A stretch of 64,000 nucleotides of DNA from Acidobacteriota bacterium (GTDB taxonomy: Bacteria; Acidobacteriota; UBA6911; RPQK01; JAJDTT01), in assembly GCA_965263035.1 (NCBI GenBank), contig OZ253580.1, positions 5,920,001-5,984,000 of the forward strand, read 5' to 3'. A program made the position numbers and the translations under genes. How positions within the stretch are numbered: position 1 is the first letter of the stretch; the number at the start of each line of letters is the position of its first letter. This document shows positions 36,253 to 46,855 of this stretch, piece by piece. A model generated the notes under the pieces. That model was not told the DNA's origin. It was given only the letters and a program-made list of their open reading frames with translations, and made no database searches.

Positions 36253-37296
36253 TCAGATCGCATCGAGCTCGGACAGCTTGACGGGCCGGCCTTCCCGGGC
36301 AGACAGATCCGCCGCGAACACCACCTTGTGACTTTCCCACGCCTCCCGGACCCCCGTCAGCGGCATGGCCCGGCCCTCCCCCACGCTGTCCACGAAGGCC
36401 TGGAACTGGGGCTCGTAAGGATGGTGGCTCACATCTCCCGAATCGATCAGCTGAGTCGCCAGAGTGCTCCAGACCTCCTTGCTCAAGCCCTTGAGTTTCG
36501 CGCTGTAGATCCGGTTGTCCAGCAGGCTTCCTTCACTCCCAACCAGGTGGATATGGAAGTAGTAGGGCTGGAGGCAATCCACCACCGAGGCGACCTTGCC
36601 CAGCCGGCCGTCCTCGAATCTGAGGAGGGTGACACTGGTGGTATCGTACTCGTAGGGAGCGAAAACGGAGTTGGAGGAACGAGTCCCGTGGGACACCACC
36701 TCCTCGACCCGGCCTCCCATGAACATCAGCAGCCCGTCCAAGGCGTGGCAGCCGGCCGTGAGCAGGCTGCTTCCCGCATACCTCTGCTTGACGTTCCACT
36801 CGAATTGGCCATACCAGGGTCCGATCCCGTGATAGTAGTCCACTTCCCCGTAGTGGACCCGGCCCAGGAGACCTTCCGACAGACAGGACCGGATCATGGT
36901 GAAATGCTCGCTGAAACGGCATTCGAAGCAGACACAGACCCCGACGCCGGCGTCTTCGATGGCCCGCTTCATGGCTGCCAGATCCTCGACCGTCAGACAT
37001 AGGGGTTTCTCGATGATGAGGTGCTTTCCCGCCCGGGCCGCCGCGATGGACTGCTCGGCGTGCAGATGGTGCGGGGTGCAGATGTCCACGATGTCGATTT
37101 CAGGATCGGACAACATCTCCTCGTAGCTGCCGTAGACCTTCAGCGGGACACCATAGGTGGCCTCCAGCTCCGACTCATCCAGCCGGCGCCTGGAGGAGAC
37201 GCCGCTGACACGCGCGCCCGAGACCGTCTTGAAGGTTTCGATGTGGGCTCCCGCGACCCATCCCAGTCCCACGATTCCGACGTTCAATTCGCTCAT
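36253..37296 (-). CDS. Gfo/Idh/MocA family oxidoreductase
   Basis: [20 protein letters not shown]. Confidence 0.92.
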   Translation of the reverse strand: MSELNVGIVGLGWVAGAHIETFKTVSGARVSGVSSRRRLDESELEATYGVPLKVYGSYEEMLSDPEIDIVDICTPHHLHAEQSIAAARAGKHLIIEKPLCLTVEDLAAMKRAIEDAGVGVCVCFECRFSEHFTMIRSCLSEGLLGRVHYGEVDYYHGIGPWYGQFEWNVKQRYAGSSLLTAGCHALDGLLMFMGGRVEEVVSHGTRSSNSVFAPYEYDTTSVTLLRFEDGRLGKVASVVDCLQPYYFHIHLVGSEGSLLDNRIYSAKLKGLSKEVWSTLATQLIDSGDVSHHPYEPQFQAFVDSVGEGRAMPLTGVREAWESHKVVFAADLSAREGRPVKLSELDAI

Positions 37297-37491
37297 TTTC
37301 ACTCCCTCCGGATCTGATGGGATCGAATTCGCACCGGTGACGCTTGCTCCTTTGAAGTCCCGCGCCTCAGGGTGCAAGAGATTGGACGATATCTGCTATA
37401 TTTGGACCTTAAACAGAAAAATACAACCGGATAGCGTTGCAAAAGACTCCCCGATAGCGGAACTGTGGAGACGCGGAAGCCCACCCTTCAG

Positions 37492-38247
37492 ATGACGACA
37501 CCGGGAATCGTCAACCAGAACCCGCCACGCTCCGCCGGCCGGTCAGCCGGGATCGGACTCCTCCCGATCCTGGGAATCCTGGCCGGGTTGACCGCGCTGA
37601 CACTCGCCGGCCTCTACCTCGACGACCGCTTCCAGACACTGGAGGAGCGGATTTCCGTGAATCGGGAATACCTTCACGCCGAGCGGGAGGAGATGAAACG
37701 TCTCAGTTCACGGTTGCTGGGCCTCAGCGGCGACTCCCAACGATTGGAGGGGGAGCTGGAAAAGGAGGACCAGAAGCTTCGGAACACCGTCAGGTCCAGT
37801 TTTCAGCAGGCTCGGAATAAAATCGAGGAAAGCCGCGGGGATATCGAGAAGCTGATTTCCGCCTTGGAGGCTCTGGCCGTCACGGTGGAACAACTGAACC
37901 AAAGCCACCAGGACGCCGTGGCTCAGTCCCAGGCTCGGCACACGGAAACAGAGAAGAATACCGAGTCGAACCGAGCAGCGGTCAGTACCGTCAGGACCAA
38001 TGTGGAGCGGATCCGGGGCCAGTTGCGAACCCACCTCGAACGGATGAACCGGCTGGGCAAGACGCTGGAGGGTCTGAGCGCTCAGGTGCAGTCCGTGGAA
38101 GAGTCCAACAAGAGCACTCTGGTGTCATTGGAATCCAATCTTCAGGCCCTCTCGGAGCGGGTCAGTCTGGCTCTCAACGACTCCCGGGCCCGCTTGGACG
38201 ACTTGACCGCCAAATTGGACCGGCTGCGCGGCCAGGAAGTGTTTTAA
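37492..38247 (+). CDS. Membrane-anchored coiled-coil hypothetical protein
   Basis: One N-terminal TM helix followed by ~200 aa of heptad-rich, helix-favouring sequence. Confidence 0.7.
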   Translation: MTTPGIVNQNPPRSAGRSAGIGLLPILGILAGLTALTLAGLYLDDRFQTLEERISVNREYLHAEREEMKRLSSRLLGLSGDSQRLEGELEKEDQKLRNTVRSSFQQARNKIEESRGDIEKLISALEALAVTVEQLNQSHQDAVAQSQARHTETEKNTESNRAAVSTVRTNVERIRGQLRTHLERMNRLGKTLEGLSAQVQSVEESNKSTLVSLESNLQALSERVSLALNDSRARLDDLTAKLDRLRGQEVF

Positions 38248-38267
38248 CGCACCGTTGTCGGCGCCCC

Positions 38268-39410
38268 TCAATCAATCGTCACCCACTCCAGGTTCTGGGC
38301 GGAACGGAGAACCGCTTCCTGGGTTTTCTGGGTGGCCAGCGCCTCCCGGAAGCTGGGATGGGTTCCCTCGCCTGATTCCAAACCCTTCAGGAAATCGGCC
38401 AAGGCGTTGATGAAGGTGTGCTCGTAGCCGATCACGCAACCCGGAACCCACCAGTTCTTCATGTAGGGGTGTTCGAAGGCGGTCACCAGGATGGTGCGCC
38501 AACCTTGGAGGTGGGACGGGTCGTCGTGATTGAAGTACCGGAGCTGGTGCATGTTCTCCAGGTCGAAGTAGAGCGAACCCTTCTCCCCGTTGATCTCGAA
38601 CGAGTTCTTGTTCTTGCGTCCGCGAGCGTAACGGGTGGCTTCGAAGGTCCCGTTGGACCCGTTGGAAAAGCGGGCCATGAAGGTGCAGACATCGTCGATC
38701 TCCACGGCCTTCCGCTCCGTCGGACTTCCCTGCACCGGGCGCTCCTTGACGAAGATCTCCGTCATCCCCGACACCGACTCGACAGGGCCGTTGAGCCAGA
38801 TTGCGGTGTCGATGCTGTGGCTCGCCAGATCTCCTGAGACGCCGGCCCCGGCGACTTCCTTTTCCAGGCGCCAGAGAGTGGGGCCTCCCAGCGGTACGTC
38901 TTCCGATATGGTCCAGTCCTGCAGGTAGGTGGACCGGTAGTGGTAGATTCGTCCCAGGCGGCCCTCATCGATCAACTGGCGGGCCAACGCGATGGCCGGA
39001 ACCCTGCGATAGTTGAACCAGACCATGTTGGCGACTCCTGCACTTTCCACGGCCTCCACCATCTCCACGGCCTCATCCACATCGATGGCCAGCGGTTTCT
39101 CGCACAGCACCATCTTTCCCCGGCTCGCGGCGGCCAGAGCGATCTCATGATGGGTGTTGTTGGGACTGCAGATGTCGATGACGTCGATGTCGTCCCGCTC
39201 CACCAGACGCCGCCAGTCGGTCTCCGTCGATTCCCAGCCCCAATTGCGGGCGAACGGCTCCAACTTGTCCGAGTTCCGGGCCGCCACTGCCTTGAGGACG
39301 CAGGTCCGGTCCAGATCGAAGAACTGGTTGACCTTCCGGTACGCGTTGGAGTGGGCTCGACCCATGAATCCGTAGCCGATCATTCCTACATTCAGCGTCT
39401 TCGTTGCCAT
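38268..39410 (-). CDS. Gfo/Idh/MocA family oxidoreductase
   Basis: GYGFMGRAHSNA, CEKPLA, FNYRRVPA, YLQDW, IGYEHTF. Confidence 0.93.
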   Translation of the reverse strand: MATKTLNVGMIGYGFMGRAHSNAYRKVNQFFDLDRTCVLKAVAARNSDKLEPFARNWGWESTETDWRRLVERDDIDVIDICSPNNTHHEIALAAASRGKMVLCEKPLAIDVDEAVEMVEAVESAGVANMVWFNYRRVPAIALARQLIDEGRLGRIYHYRSTYLQDWTISEDVPLGGPTLWRLEKEVAGAGVSGDLASHSIDTAIWLNGPVESVSGMTEIFVKERPVQGSPTERKAVEIDDVCTFMARFSNGSNGTFEATRYARGRKNKNSFEINGEKGSLYFDLENMHQLRYFNHDDPSHLQGWRTILVTAFEHPYMKNWWVPGCVIGYEHTFINALADFLKGLESGEGTHPSFREALATQKTQEAVLRSAQNLEWVTID

Positions 39411-39601
39411 GAGATTTCTCCGGATCCGCTCCGAGGCCGGCTCACCTGTCCCACCATGACCTGACGAAGCCAAGCCCTCACCCTCTGGTGCAGAGAGAGT
39501 ACGCCCGCACCGATCTGGGCCGCAAGCCCGTGGGGGGTGGCGTCACGCCCACGACGGGTGGGACAATCGGGACCGTCGCCGGCATGGGGGATATCGTGAA
39601 C

Positions 39602-40441
39602 ATGCGTGTGGGAATGAATCTGCTCCTCTGGACGACCGAAGTCGGACCGTCCCATCGAAAACTGCTGAAGCAGATTCGCGACTGGGGCTTCGACGGCGTC
39701 GAGATCCCCATTTTTTCGCCCCATCCTCAGCGCGCACGGGATCTCGGCCTGCTTCTGGACGATCTGGGACTGGAGCGCACGGCCGTCACCGTCGTTCCGC
39801 CGGACGCCAATCCCATTCACCCGGATCCATCCGTCCGGACCAAGGCCCTGGAGTACTTGAAGTCGGTGGTGGAGGCCTGCCATCTCGCCGGAATCCGTCT
39901 CCTCGCAGGCCCGCTCCACTCCCCCGTCGGTCTCCTGGCGGGCCGCAGCCGCACCCAGGAGGAATGGCGATGGGCTCTGGAAATCCTGCAACAGACGGCG
40001 GATCTGGCCCGGTCCGCGCGGATCACGCTGGCTCTGGAATTCCTGAACCGGTTCGAATCCTATTTCCTGAACTGCGCCAAGGACACCGTCGAGTTCACGG
40101 CTCAGGCCGATCGGCCCAATCTGGGGATTCTCTACGACACCTACCACGCCCATCTGGAGGAGAAGAACGTCTCCACGGCGATTCGGTCCTGTGCGGGCGC
40201 CCTTCGCCACGTCCACATCAGCGAGAACGACCGGGCGACCCCCGGCGAGGGTCAGGTCCGCTGGCAGGAGACCTTCGACACTCTCAAGGACGTCCGGTAT
40301 GCGGACTGGCTGGTCATCGAGGCCTTCGGGCAGGCGATGCCGGAACTGGCCGCCGCCACCTGCATCTGGCGGCGCATGTTCCCGTCAGAAGAGCATCTGG
40401 CGCGAAACGGACTGGAATGGATCCGCTCCAACTGGGATTGA
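39602..40441 (+). CDS. Sugar phosphate isomerase/epimerase (ketose 3-epimerase-like TIM barrel)
   Basis: GFDGVEIP, EFLNRFE, YDTYH, HVHISENDR, IEAF. Confidence 0.9.
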   Translation: MRVGMNLLLWTTEVGPSHRKLLKQIRDWGFDGVEIPIFSPHPQRARDLGLLLDDLGLERTAVTVVPPDANPIHPDPSVRTKALEYLKSVVEACHLAGIRLLAGPLHSPVGLLAGRSRTQEEWRWALEILQQTADLARSARITLALEFLNRFESYFLNCAKDTVEFTAQADRPNLGILYDTYHAHLEEKNVSTAIRSCAGALRHVHISENDRATPGEGQVRWQETFDTLKDVRYADWLVIEAFGQAMPELAAATCIWRRMFPSEEHLARNGLEWIRSNWD

Positions 40442-40457
40442 TTTCCGCCTGAAAAAC

Positions 40458-40542
40458 GTAGGGGCACCCCTTGTGGATGCCCTCTTTCGTCCGAACCTCG
40501 GTTGCCAGCCCGGACGAGGGCGACCACGAGGGTCGCCCCTAT
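40458..40542. repeat. REPIN-like doublet of inverted GTAG-type REPs
   Basis: GTAG-GGGCACCCCTTGTGGATGCCC ... GGGCGACCACGAGGGTCGCCC-CTAT. Confidence 0.8.
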
Positions 40543-40589
40543 GAGACGAAGAACCAGCATCTGCCGGCAGTGGTGTTTCGGAGAGCTCT

Positions 40590-40689
40590 CCCTATCGATC
40601 CCGGAACCGCTCGGCCGTGTCCTGCGGCTCGTAATCCCAGGTCCCGCCGAGCGTTGTCCAGAGACCGATAGTTCCACTTGTTGTCGGAG
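40590..40689 (-). pseudogene. Orphan 3' end of the NAD-dependent epimerase gene (copy of 42485-42583)
   Basis: Aligned by eye: 5 substitutions plus a 1-bp insertion; the ~55 bp next to 40689 are identical. Confidence 0.9.
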
Positions 40690-40698
40690 GACCGAATG

Positions 40699-40994
40699 AG
40701 GGGACAGTCTATTTTTCCGTGCTTGCTGGATTTGGTGGCGGGGACGGCCTGTCCCTTGGTCGGGATCGGTTCAGCCTCACCGGATGTGCGCGGCTCGAAT
40801 AGTCTCAGACGGCTCACGTCCGGATCTCCAGGAGGCTGAAAAAGGGGACAGTCTATTCTTCCGGGACGAGTTGCACCGGATGTCGGGAGAGCTGCCCGGG
40901 CCTTCCAAACCCTGCGGCGCGGCCCGCGCTCAGCCGTCAGGCACCGGCTCTTGACCCATTCAGGAGGGGAAAAAGGGGACGGTCTATTTTTCCG
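40699..40994 (+). repeat. Three spaced direct repeats AGGGGAC(A/G)GTCTATT(T/C)TTCCG
   Basis: Copies start at 40699, 40843 and 40974; copies 2 and 3 share about 40 bp. Confidence 0.85.
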
Positions 40995-41194
40995 GGACGG
41001 GAGGCACAGGGCGGACCACAAAGGTGTCGGCTCCTTCGTCTGCAAAGACAACTGAGGTGGCGACTTGGTCACGTTTCCTCGGATGCTTCCGGGAACGCGA
41101 GATTTGCTGATTTTCTTGAGTTTCCTTCGCCTTTCTCAGATCTGAATCGTTGTTGTCATCAGGGGTGCGAACCGATTCACCGAGGACAATGGCC

Positions 41195-42130
41195 ATGGCC
41201 CGAGGCGCGCGACACAAAAGCACAGAGGCCGCTTTCTATCACCTCACCAATCGAGTCGCCGGTCGGGCCGATTGGTTCCCCTTTGAAGACCGCCAAGCCC
41301 GGAGCAAACTCCTGGACATGATGTTGTTCTACGTCAATGCCTACCGGTGTCGTTTGGCCGCTTTCCAGATCATGGGTAATCACTTCCACTTCATCGTCCA
41401 TTTTGAGAAACCTCGCCCCTTGTCCCGCGAGGAATTGATGGAGAGCGCCCACAAGCTTTATGGACGAAAGGCAGAGGTGAAAACCGACGGTTGGACCGAC
41501 GCCCAGTGGGAGGCTTTCAACCAGCGTCTATTTGACGTGTCGAAACTGATGGCGAACTTGGACGGGCTCTATGCCCGGTGGATCAACCGTAAGTTCGTAC
41601 GACGAGGCCATTTTTGGAGTGATCGCTTCAAGAACCCGGAACTATTGGGAAGCGAAGCCGTCCAGGACGCCCTCCTCTACGTGGAACTCAATGCCGTCCG
41701 GGCCGGACTGGTCAAACGACCCGAGCAGTGGAAGTGGGGCTCGGCCCGTTGGAGACTCACCGGCAAGGATCAAGATCTGATACCACTGGAGGAACTGTTC
41801 CCCTCGGATCCCGGAACCGACGTGTACAGCAGTTACCGGGCTCGCTTGTACTATCGAGGAGCCGTCCCCACCCGGGAGAACCAGGCCGCGATCCCCCGGT
41901 GGATCCTCCATCAGGAGCAGCGACGTGGATTTACCCGTGCCGGAGCATTTCGCCGGCGTTTGCGATTTCTGACGGACGGATTGGCCGTCGGGCCGGCAGA
42001 GAAGGTGGCGCAACTGCTGGCGACGTATCGGCAGCAAGGTCGATATCGACGTCGCCAACACCCCATCCCTCAACTGGGCGGAGTGCTGTTTTCCCTGCGG
42101 GAGCAGCGCTCGAACGCCTTCGTCTCGTAG
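41195..42130 (+). CDS. Y1/HUH tyrosine transposase, RAYT-like (IS200/Y1_Tnp fold)
   Basis: MARGAR, YHLTNR, IMGNHFH (HUH), GHFWSDRFK, YVELNAVRAG (catalytic Tyr), WKWGS. Confidence 0.9.
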   Translation: MARGARHKSTEAAFYHLTNRVAGRADWFPFEDRQARSKLLDMMLFYVNAYRCRLAAFQIMGNHFHFIVHFEKPRPLSREELMESAHKLYGRKAEVKTDGWTDAQWEAFNQRLFDVSKLMANLDGLYARWINRKFVRRGHFWSDRFKNPELLGSEAVQDALLYVELNAVRAGLVKRPEQWKWGSARWRLTGKDQDLIPLEELFPSDPGTDVYSSYRARLYYRGAVPTRENQAAIPRWILHQEQRRGFTRAGAFRRRLRFLTDGLAVGPAEKVAQLLATYRQQGRYRRRQHPIPQLGGVLFSLREQRSNAFVS

Positions 42131-42389
42131 ACTCGCCTGATCTCCGACTGTCGATTCTGCCACTGTGGCACGGAACGACCCAGATCACTGGAACCGCCCA
42201 ATAGACTGAATTGTCCTCTTAGTGTGTGGAAAGTCCTCCGGACTTCCATCCATTTGCCATAGGTTCACTGCTCTGCTTCCGCAATCTGTTCTCGAGACTG
42301 TCCCTTTCTGTTTCTTTCTGTCCTTTCTGTCTCGGAATTCCGTCGAGACGCTCCATCCCGACCCTTCCGCGTGAAAAACCGTGAAAAAC

Positions 42390-42474
42390 GTAGGGGCACC
42401 CCTTGTGGGTGCCCTCTTTCGTCCGAACCTCAATTGCCAGCCCGGGCGAGGGCGACCACCAGGGGTGCCCCTGC
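42390..42474. repeat. Second REPIN-like doublet
   Basis: GTAG-GGGCACCCCTTGTGGGTGCCC ... GGGCGACCACCAGGGGTGCCC-CTGC; the spacer is nearly identical to that of the 40458 copy. Confidence 0.8.
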
Positions 42475-42486
42475 GAACGGTGTCCC

Positions 42487-43245
42487 CTAGCCGTCCCGGA
42501 ACCGTTCGGCCGTGTCCCGCGGCTCGTATCCCAGGTCCCGCCGAGCGTTGTCCAGAGACCGATAGTTCCACTTGTTGTCGGAGACCACGTAGTAAACCCC
42601 GAACTTCAGATCCTCGGGCGCGTCGATGCAGCGGCGGATCATCTGGGCGATGTCCGCGTGGCTGCACCAGACCGAGAAATCCCGAACCTCGTTGGGCCGG
42701 TCGTTCAAGTGGACACGGCCGATACGGAGGCAGATCATGGACAGGTCCCATTCGTCGGAGAAGAAGCGGGCCAACGTTTCACCGAACGCCTTGCTGCATC
42801 CGTAGAGGCCGTTGGGCCGAATCAGCGAGGTGTCCAGCACGTCCCAACCGGTCGCCTCCTCGTAACGTCCCTCGACCAGGGCATTGTAGGGCGCATGCTG
42901 CTCCCACTCGCTGACGGCGGCCCCGCTGCTGGCGAAGATGACCCTCTCGACACCCGCCGTCCGGGCCGCTTCGAACACGTTGTAGGTCCCGATGATGTTG
43001 TGCGGGAGCACGTCCTCCCAGGTGGGATCCCCCTGGGCCATGGCGGCCAGGTGGACGACGGTTTCCACTCCGTCGAAGGCGGGCCGGATGCCCTCCAGAT
43101 CGGCGATGTCCGCCTGCAGGCAGCGGAACCCCTCCACCGGGCGCCGGTTCAAGGCGCTCAGTTCGTACGAATCCCCCAGTTCCCGCCGGCAGACCTGCCC
43201 GATGAGTCCGCTCATCCCCGTGATCAACACTCTCTTTTTTCCCAT
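42487..43245 (-). CDS. NAD-dependent epimerase/dehydratase (uronate dehydrogenase-like)
   Basis: ITGMSGLIG, VHLAA, FASS, YGCSK, CLRIG. Confidence 0.9.
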   Translation of the reverse strand: MGKKRVLITGMSGLIGQVCRRELGDSYELSALNRRPVEGFRCLQADIADLEGIRPAFDGVETVVHLAAMAQGDPTWEDVLPHNIIGTYNVFEAARTAGVERVIFASSGAAVSEWEQHAPYNALVEGRYEEATGWDVLDTSLIRPNGLYGCSKAFGETLARFFSDEWDLSMICLRIGRVHLNDRPNEVRDFSVWCSHADIAQMIRRCIDAPEDLKFGVYYVVSDNKWNYRSLDNARRDLGYEPRDTAERFRDG

Positions 43246-43384
43246 GCCGCGATTCTACCGCAGGGCATCCCGACTCCGCTTTCCGGGTTTCCCCCGTCGG
43301 TTCTAATTTCCATATCCAGACTTTATGATGGGTTCTCGTTTCGACATTGGAGAAATCGGCATCCGGCAAATTAGGAGTGGAGAC

Positions 43385-44119
43385 ATGTTTCGAAACAAAA
43401 TTCTGGAGAGAATCAAAAGAGGCGAGAAGGCTCTGGGCCTGTTCATGTCGGACCCTTCCGAAGAACTGGTGGAAATGGCCGGGCGCATGGGGCTGGATTT
43501 CGTCGGATTCGACGGCCAACACTCGCCCCTCACCCCGGAGCGCGTCGGCACTTTGTGCACCATCGCGGACGGGTTCGACGTCACGCCCACCATGCGGGTC
43601 CCGGATGGGAACGAGAGCACGCTTCTGTCCTATCTGGACAGGGGAATCAGAGGCATCACCGTTCCCAACATCCAGACCCGGGAAGAAGCCGAACAACTGG
43701 TCAAATACACCTATTTCGCACCGCTGGGCCTGCGCAGCTCCACCAGCTACCGCATGGTCATGAACCAGGAGGGAAAGGACCGCAACACCCTCTTCCAGGA
43801 AGTCAACGCCAACCTGATGATCGTCCCCCAACTGGAGAGCGTGACTTCAATCCGGAATTTGGACGAGATCCTTCAGGTGGAGGGAATCGACTATTTCGGA
43901 GGCGGCCCCGAAGACATGGCCCAGTCCATGGGCATTCCGGGACGGCACGACGATCCCAGGGTGACCCGGATCTACCAGGAGATGGAGCAGAAAGTCCATG
44001 CCGCCGGAAAGTTCATGGCGGGAGACTACATAGAGTCGGTGAACGTCTTCTGGAACGTCAAGGGCGCGTTGGAGCAACTGCTTGAAAACCACGGCCGCCG
44101 CTCTCGCATGACCTGGTAG
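43385..44119 (+). CDS. HpcH/HpaI aldolase family protein
   Basis: FDGQHS, RVP, LDRG, QLES, GPEDMAQSMG. Confidence 0.85.
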   Translation: MFRNKILERIKRGEKALGLFMSDPSEELVEMAGRMGLDFVGFDGQHSPLTPERVGTLCTIADGFDVTPTMRVPDGNESTLLSYLDRGIRGITVPNIQTREEAEQLVKYTYFAPLGLRSSTSYRMVMNQEGKDRNTLFQEVNANLMIVPQLESVTSIRNLDEILQVEGIDYFGGGPEDMAQSMGIPGRHDDPRVTRIYQEMEQKVHAAGKFMAGDYIESVNVFWNVKGALEQLLENHGRRSRMTW

Positions 44120-44135
44120 TGAAGAGCCCCACCCC

Positions 44136-45089
44136 GTGAAGTTCGTCGTCAATCTGCCCATCGCCGGTCCTCTGGCGGCTCCCCGCAGTCTCTCGGCTCT
44201 CGCTCGAACCGCCGAGGCCCAGGGAGTCGACATCATCTCCTCCAGCGAGCGCCTGGTCCTGCCCCGCTCCGTCGAGACCCGCTACCCGTACGGCGCCACG
44301 GGCAAGTTTCCCGGCGGAACCGGCGGCCAGAAGAGCCTGGAGATGCTGATGACCCTGGCCTTTCTCTGCGGCCAGACCTCGCGGGTCCGCATCCTGACCT
44401 CGGTCCTGGTCCTGCCCTACCGGGATCCGATCCTGGCGGCCAAGATGCTGGCCACCCTGGACGTCCTCTCCCACGGCCGGCTCATCGTGGGCTGCGGCGT
44501 CGGCTGGATGCGGGAGGAGTTCGAAGCCCTGGGCCTGCCGGTCCGATTCGAGGACCGGGGCCGAGCCTCGGAAGAGTACCTGAGGGGCATGCAGGAACTC
44601 TGGTGTAGCGAGAACCCTGAGTTCAAAGGCAACCACGTCCGTTTTTCCGGGATCGAATTCCATCCCCAGCCGGTGCAGCGGCCTCATCCGCCCTTCTGGT
44701 TCGGCGGAGAGAGCACCGCGGCCCTCCGGCGCGTCGCCCGCTTCGGAGACGGATGGATGCCCATCGCCGGAAACCCGCGCCATCCGCTGGACAACGACGG
44801 GCTACTCGTCCGGGCGATTGAAAGACTGCGCCGAATGGTGGAGGCCGAAGGCCGGGATCCGGACAAGATCCACGTCCGGTTCGGCGGAGGATGGAACGAA
44901 TCCCCGCGCCGGGGCCCGGGAGGAGAGAGACTGCCCATGAGCGGCACGGTCCAGCAGGTGGCCGGAGACATCCGCCGCTATCAGGATCTGGGAGTCGACC
45001 ACATGGGAGTGGGCCTGCTGACCGATGACTTGTCCGAGAGTCTGGAACGGATCGAGCGCTTCATGACCAGTGTCGTGCCCTTGGTCTAG
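44136..45089 (+). CDS. LLM-class (F420/flavin-dependent) oxidoreductase
   Basis: YPY, TSVLVLPYRDP, LDVLSHGRL, GVGWMREEF, WFGGES, GDGW. Confidence 0.92.
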   Translation: MKFVVNLPIAGPLAAPRSLSALARTAEAQGVDIISSSERLVLPRSVETRYPYGATGKFPGGTGGQKSLEMLMTLAFLCGQTSRVRILTSVLVLPYRDPILAAKMLATLDVLSHGRLIVGCGVGWMREEFEALGLPVRFEDRGRASEEYLRGMQELWCSENPEFKGNHVRFSGIEFHPQPVQRPHPPFWFGGESTAALRRVARFGDGWMPIAGNPRHPLDNDGLLVRAIERLRRMVEAEGRDPDKIHVRFGGGWNESPRRGPGGERLPMSGTVQQVAGDIRRYQDLGVDHMGVGLLTDDLSESLERIERFMTSVVPLV

Positions 45090-45239
45090 GAGCTTGCGCC
45101 GTGGGAGATTTGTGGGACGAGTCGGGCGGTTGACCGTGGCTTCGACGAACCTTGCCGTCGGAAAACCTTCGGCCGGCAGGTCAGAGGAGCGCCCGTGGCT
45201 CCACAATCTCGAGGGAAAAACCGGTTTCCGCCAGCGATG

Positions 45240-45612
45240 ACATTGTCGAATGGTTCATCCAGTAACGATGGCTGGAAGAAGTCTGCTGTCCTCATTGCGG
45301 CTCCGTGAACGTCCAGAGCGGGGCCAAGCACAATTCCATGCCGTTTCGGTGCCGGGACTGCCGTCGGCGTTTCAACACCAAGCCCGGAACGCCCATGCAG
45401 TCTTCCAATCTGCGCTATCAGACGGGGCTCTACGCCAGCTATCTGCTCTCCACCAACCTGAAGAACCTATCCAGTATAAAGCCCGACAGAGAACTGGAGA
45501 TCCCCCAGACGTCAGCTTGGCATCTCGCCCAACGCATCCGCCGTGCCTGGAACCTGGATACAGAAGAGCCGTTTGAAAGGCCCGTCGAAGCCGACGAGAC
45601 TTACATGGGAAG
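45240..45612 (+). pseudogene. IS1595-family transposase remnant
   Basis: WF..*RW...CPHCGS...RCRDCRRRF zinc ribbon, SAWHLAQRIR and VEADETYMG; in-frame stop; truncated after the first catalytic Asp. Confidence 0.85.
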
Positions 45613-45622
45613 CTTGTGCGAT

Positions 45623-46855
45623 TCACAATCTCAGGAAGATCCTCTGCCGATACATCCACCAGCAGACCAGCCAGAACGTGAGCCCCACCGTCACCGACTC
45701 GAGGGCGGGCTCATTGGCGGCTCCCCAGAGTTGGAAGATGTTCTGCCCCAGGTGTGTCCGCAAGGTTGCTGCGGTCCAACTGGGTAGAAGCATGCTCATC
45801 GAGTAGATCGCTATGGAGTTGGTGCCCACCACCACCAGAGGGAAGGTCCAGCGACGGATCCTGGCCACGTCAATTAGAACGTAGAGTCCTCCCAGGATCA
45901 GGCAGCACCAGCCCGTCGAAAAGATTGCCCAGGAGGGTGTCCAGATCCGCTTGACAAGTGGACAGACACCCGTCCAATCGAGGATCAGTCCTACGGTCAG
46001 ACCAAGAATCCCCGCTCCCAGAAGTGTTCTGAGCTTGGTTTGGGCCGAGCGGTGCGAGCGCAGGAACCCGCCCACCATCAGGCCGAAAAGCATGGTGGCC
46101 AGGGAGGGAATGAAGTTGATGGTCTGATACCCTCCTCCGTTGTGGACGAACGGCTCCTGGCGTGGCAGCTGGTTCAGCAGCCAGCCGTCAACGGCATGAC
46201 CGACGTTGGCGTTCTTATGCCAGGCTGGAGACACTTCCGCCAGATGTCGCTGAGCCCACTCCGGTTGAACACCCACCTCAAGCGAGCCGCTCGGAAGCTC
46301 GACACCGGCTCCGGGATACAGGACGTACAACATCCACGTCAGGATCAGGACGAACACTGCCCCAAGGGACTGACTTCGAAGTCTTCGACGGCAGAACAAA
46401 AAGAGGAAAGTGTAGCCCAGCCCGATCTGCGTCAGGACATTCATCAGTGACCAACTGGTGCTGGAGAGCGAATCGGAAATCAGGAAGATGCCCAGAAGGA
46501 TGAGGACGGTGGATCTCCCGAGGGCGTGGCGCAGCATCTTGCCGTACGAGTGCCCCAGTCCGGATCGTTTGGCATAGGAGTAGGCCATCGACACTCCCAC
46601 CATGAACATGAAGGAGGGTTGGATCAGATCCCAGTAGCCACATCCGGTCCAGGGGACGTGGGAAAACTGGTAATGAACCGTCTGCCAGAAGGAAGAGTCT
46701 GGATTTGTTGCCAGATGATTCTCGGCCGTCTCCCTGAGACCGAAACCCTTGAAGGCGAGGGAGACCATGATCAGTCCACGATAGGCGTCAAGAGACAGCA
46801 ACCTCTGTTGCTGCCGGTTGCTTTTTGCGACCTCGGATTCACTGTGGGATCCCAC
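45623..46855 (-). CDS. HGSNAT/NagX-like (DUF5009) membrane acyltransferase
   Basis: RLLSLDAYRG, WDLIQPSFMFMVG, KRIWTPSW, GTNSI. Confidence 0.9.
   Translation of the reverse strand: MGSHSESEVAKSNRQQQRLLSLDAYRGLIMVSLAFKGFGLRETAENHLATNPDSSFWQTVHYQFSHVPWTGCGYWDLIQPSFMFMVGVSMAYSYAKRSGLGHSYGKMLRHALGRSTVLILLGIFLISDSLSSTSWSLMNVLTQIGLGYTFLFLFCRRRLRSQSLGAVFVLILTWMLYVLYPGAGVELPSGSLEVGVQPEWAQRHLAEVSPAWHKNANVGHAVDGWLLNQLPRQEPFVHNGGGYQTINFIPSLATMLFGLMVGGFLRSHRSAQTKLRTLLGAGILGLTVGLILDWTGVCPLVKRIWTPSWAIFSTGWCCLILGGLYVLIDVARIRRWTFPLVVVGTNSIAIYSMSMLLPSWTAATLRTHLGQNIFQLWGAANEPALESVTVGLTFWLVCWWMYRQRIFLRL

Noticed and set aside
40699-40994. CRISPR array
   Set aside because: Only three imperfect repeats, spacers of 110-123 bp, and no cas genes in the window.
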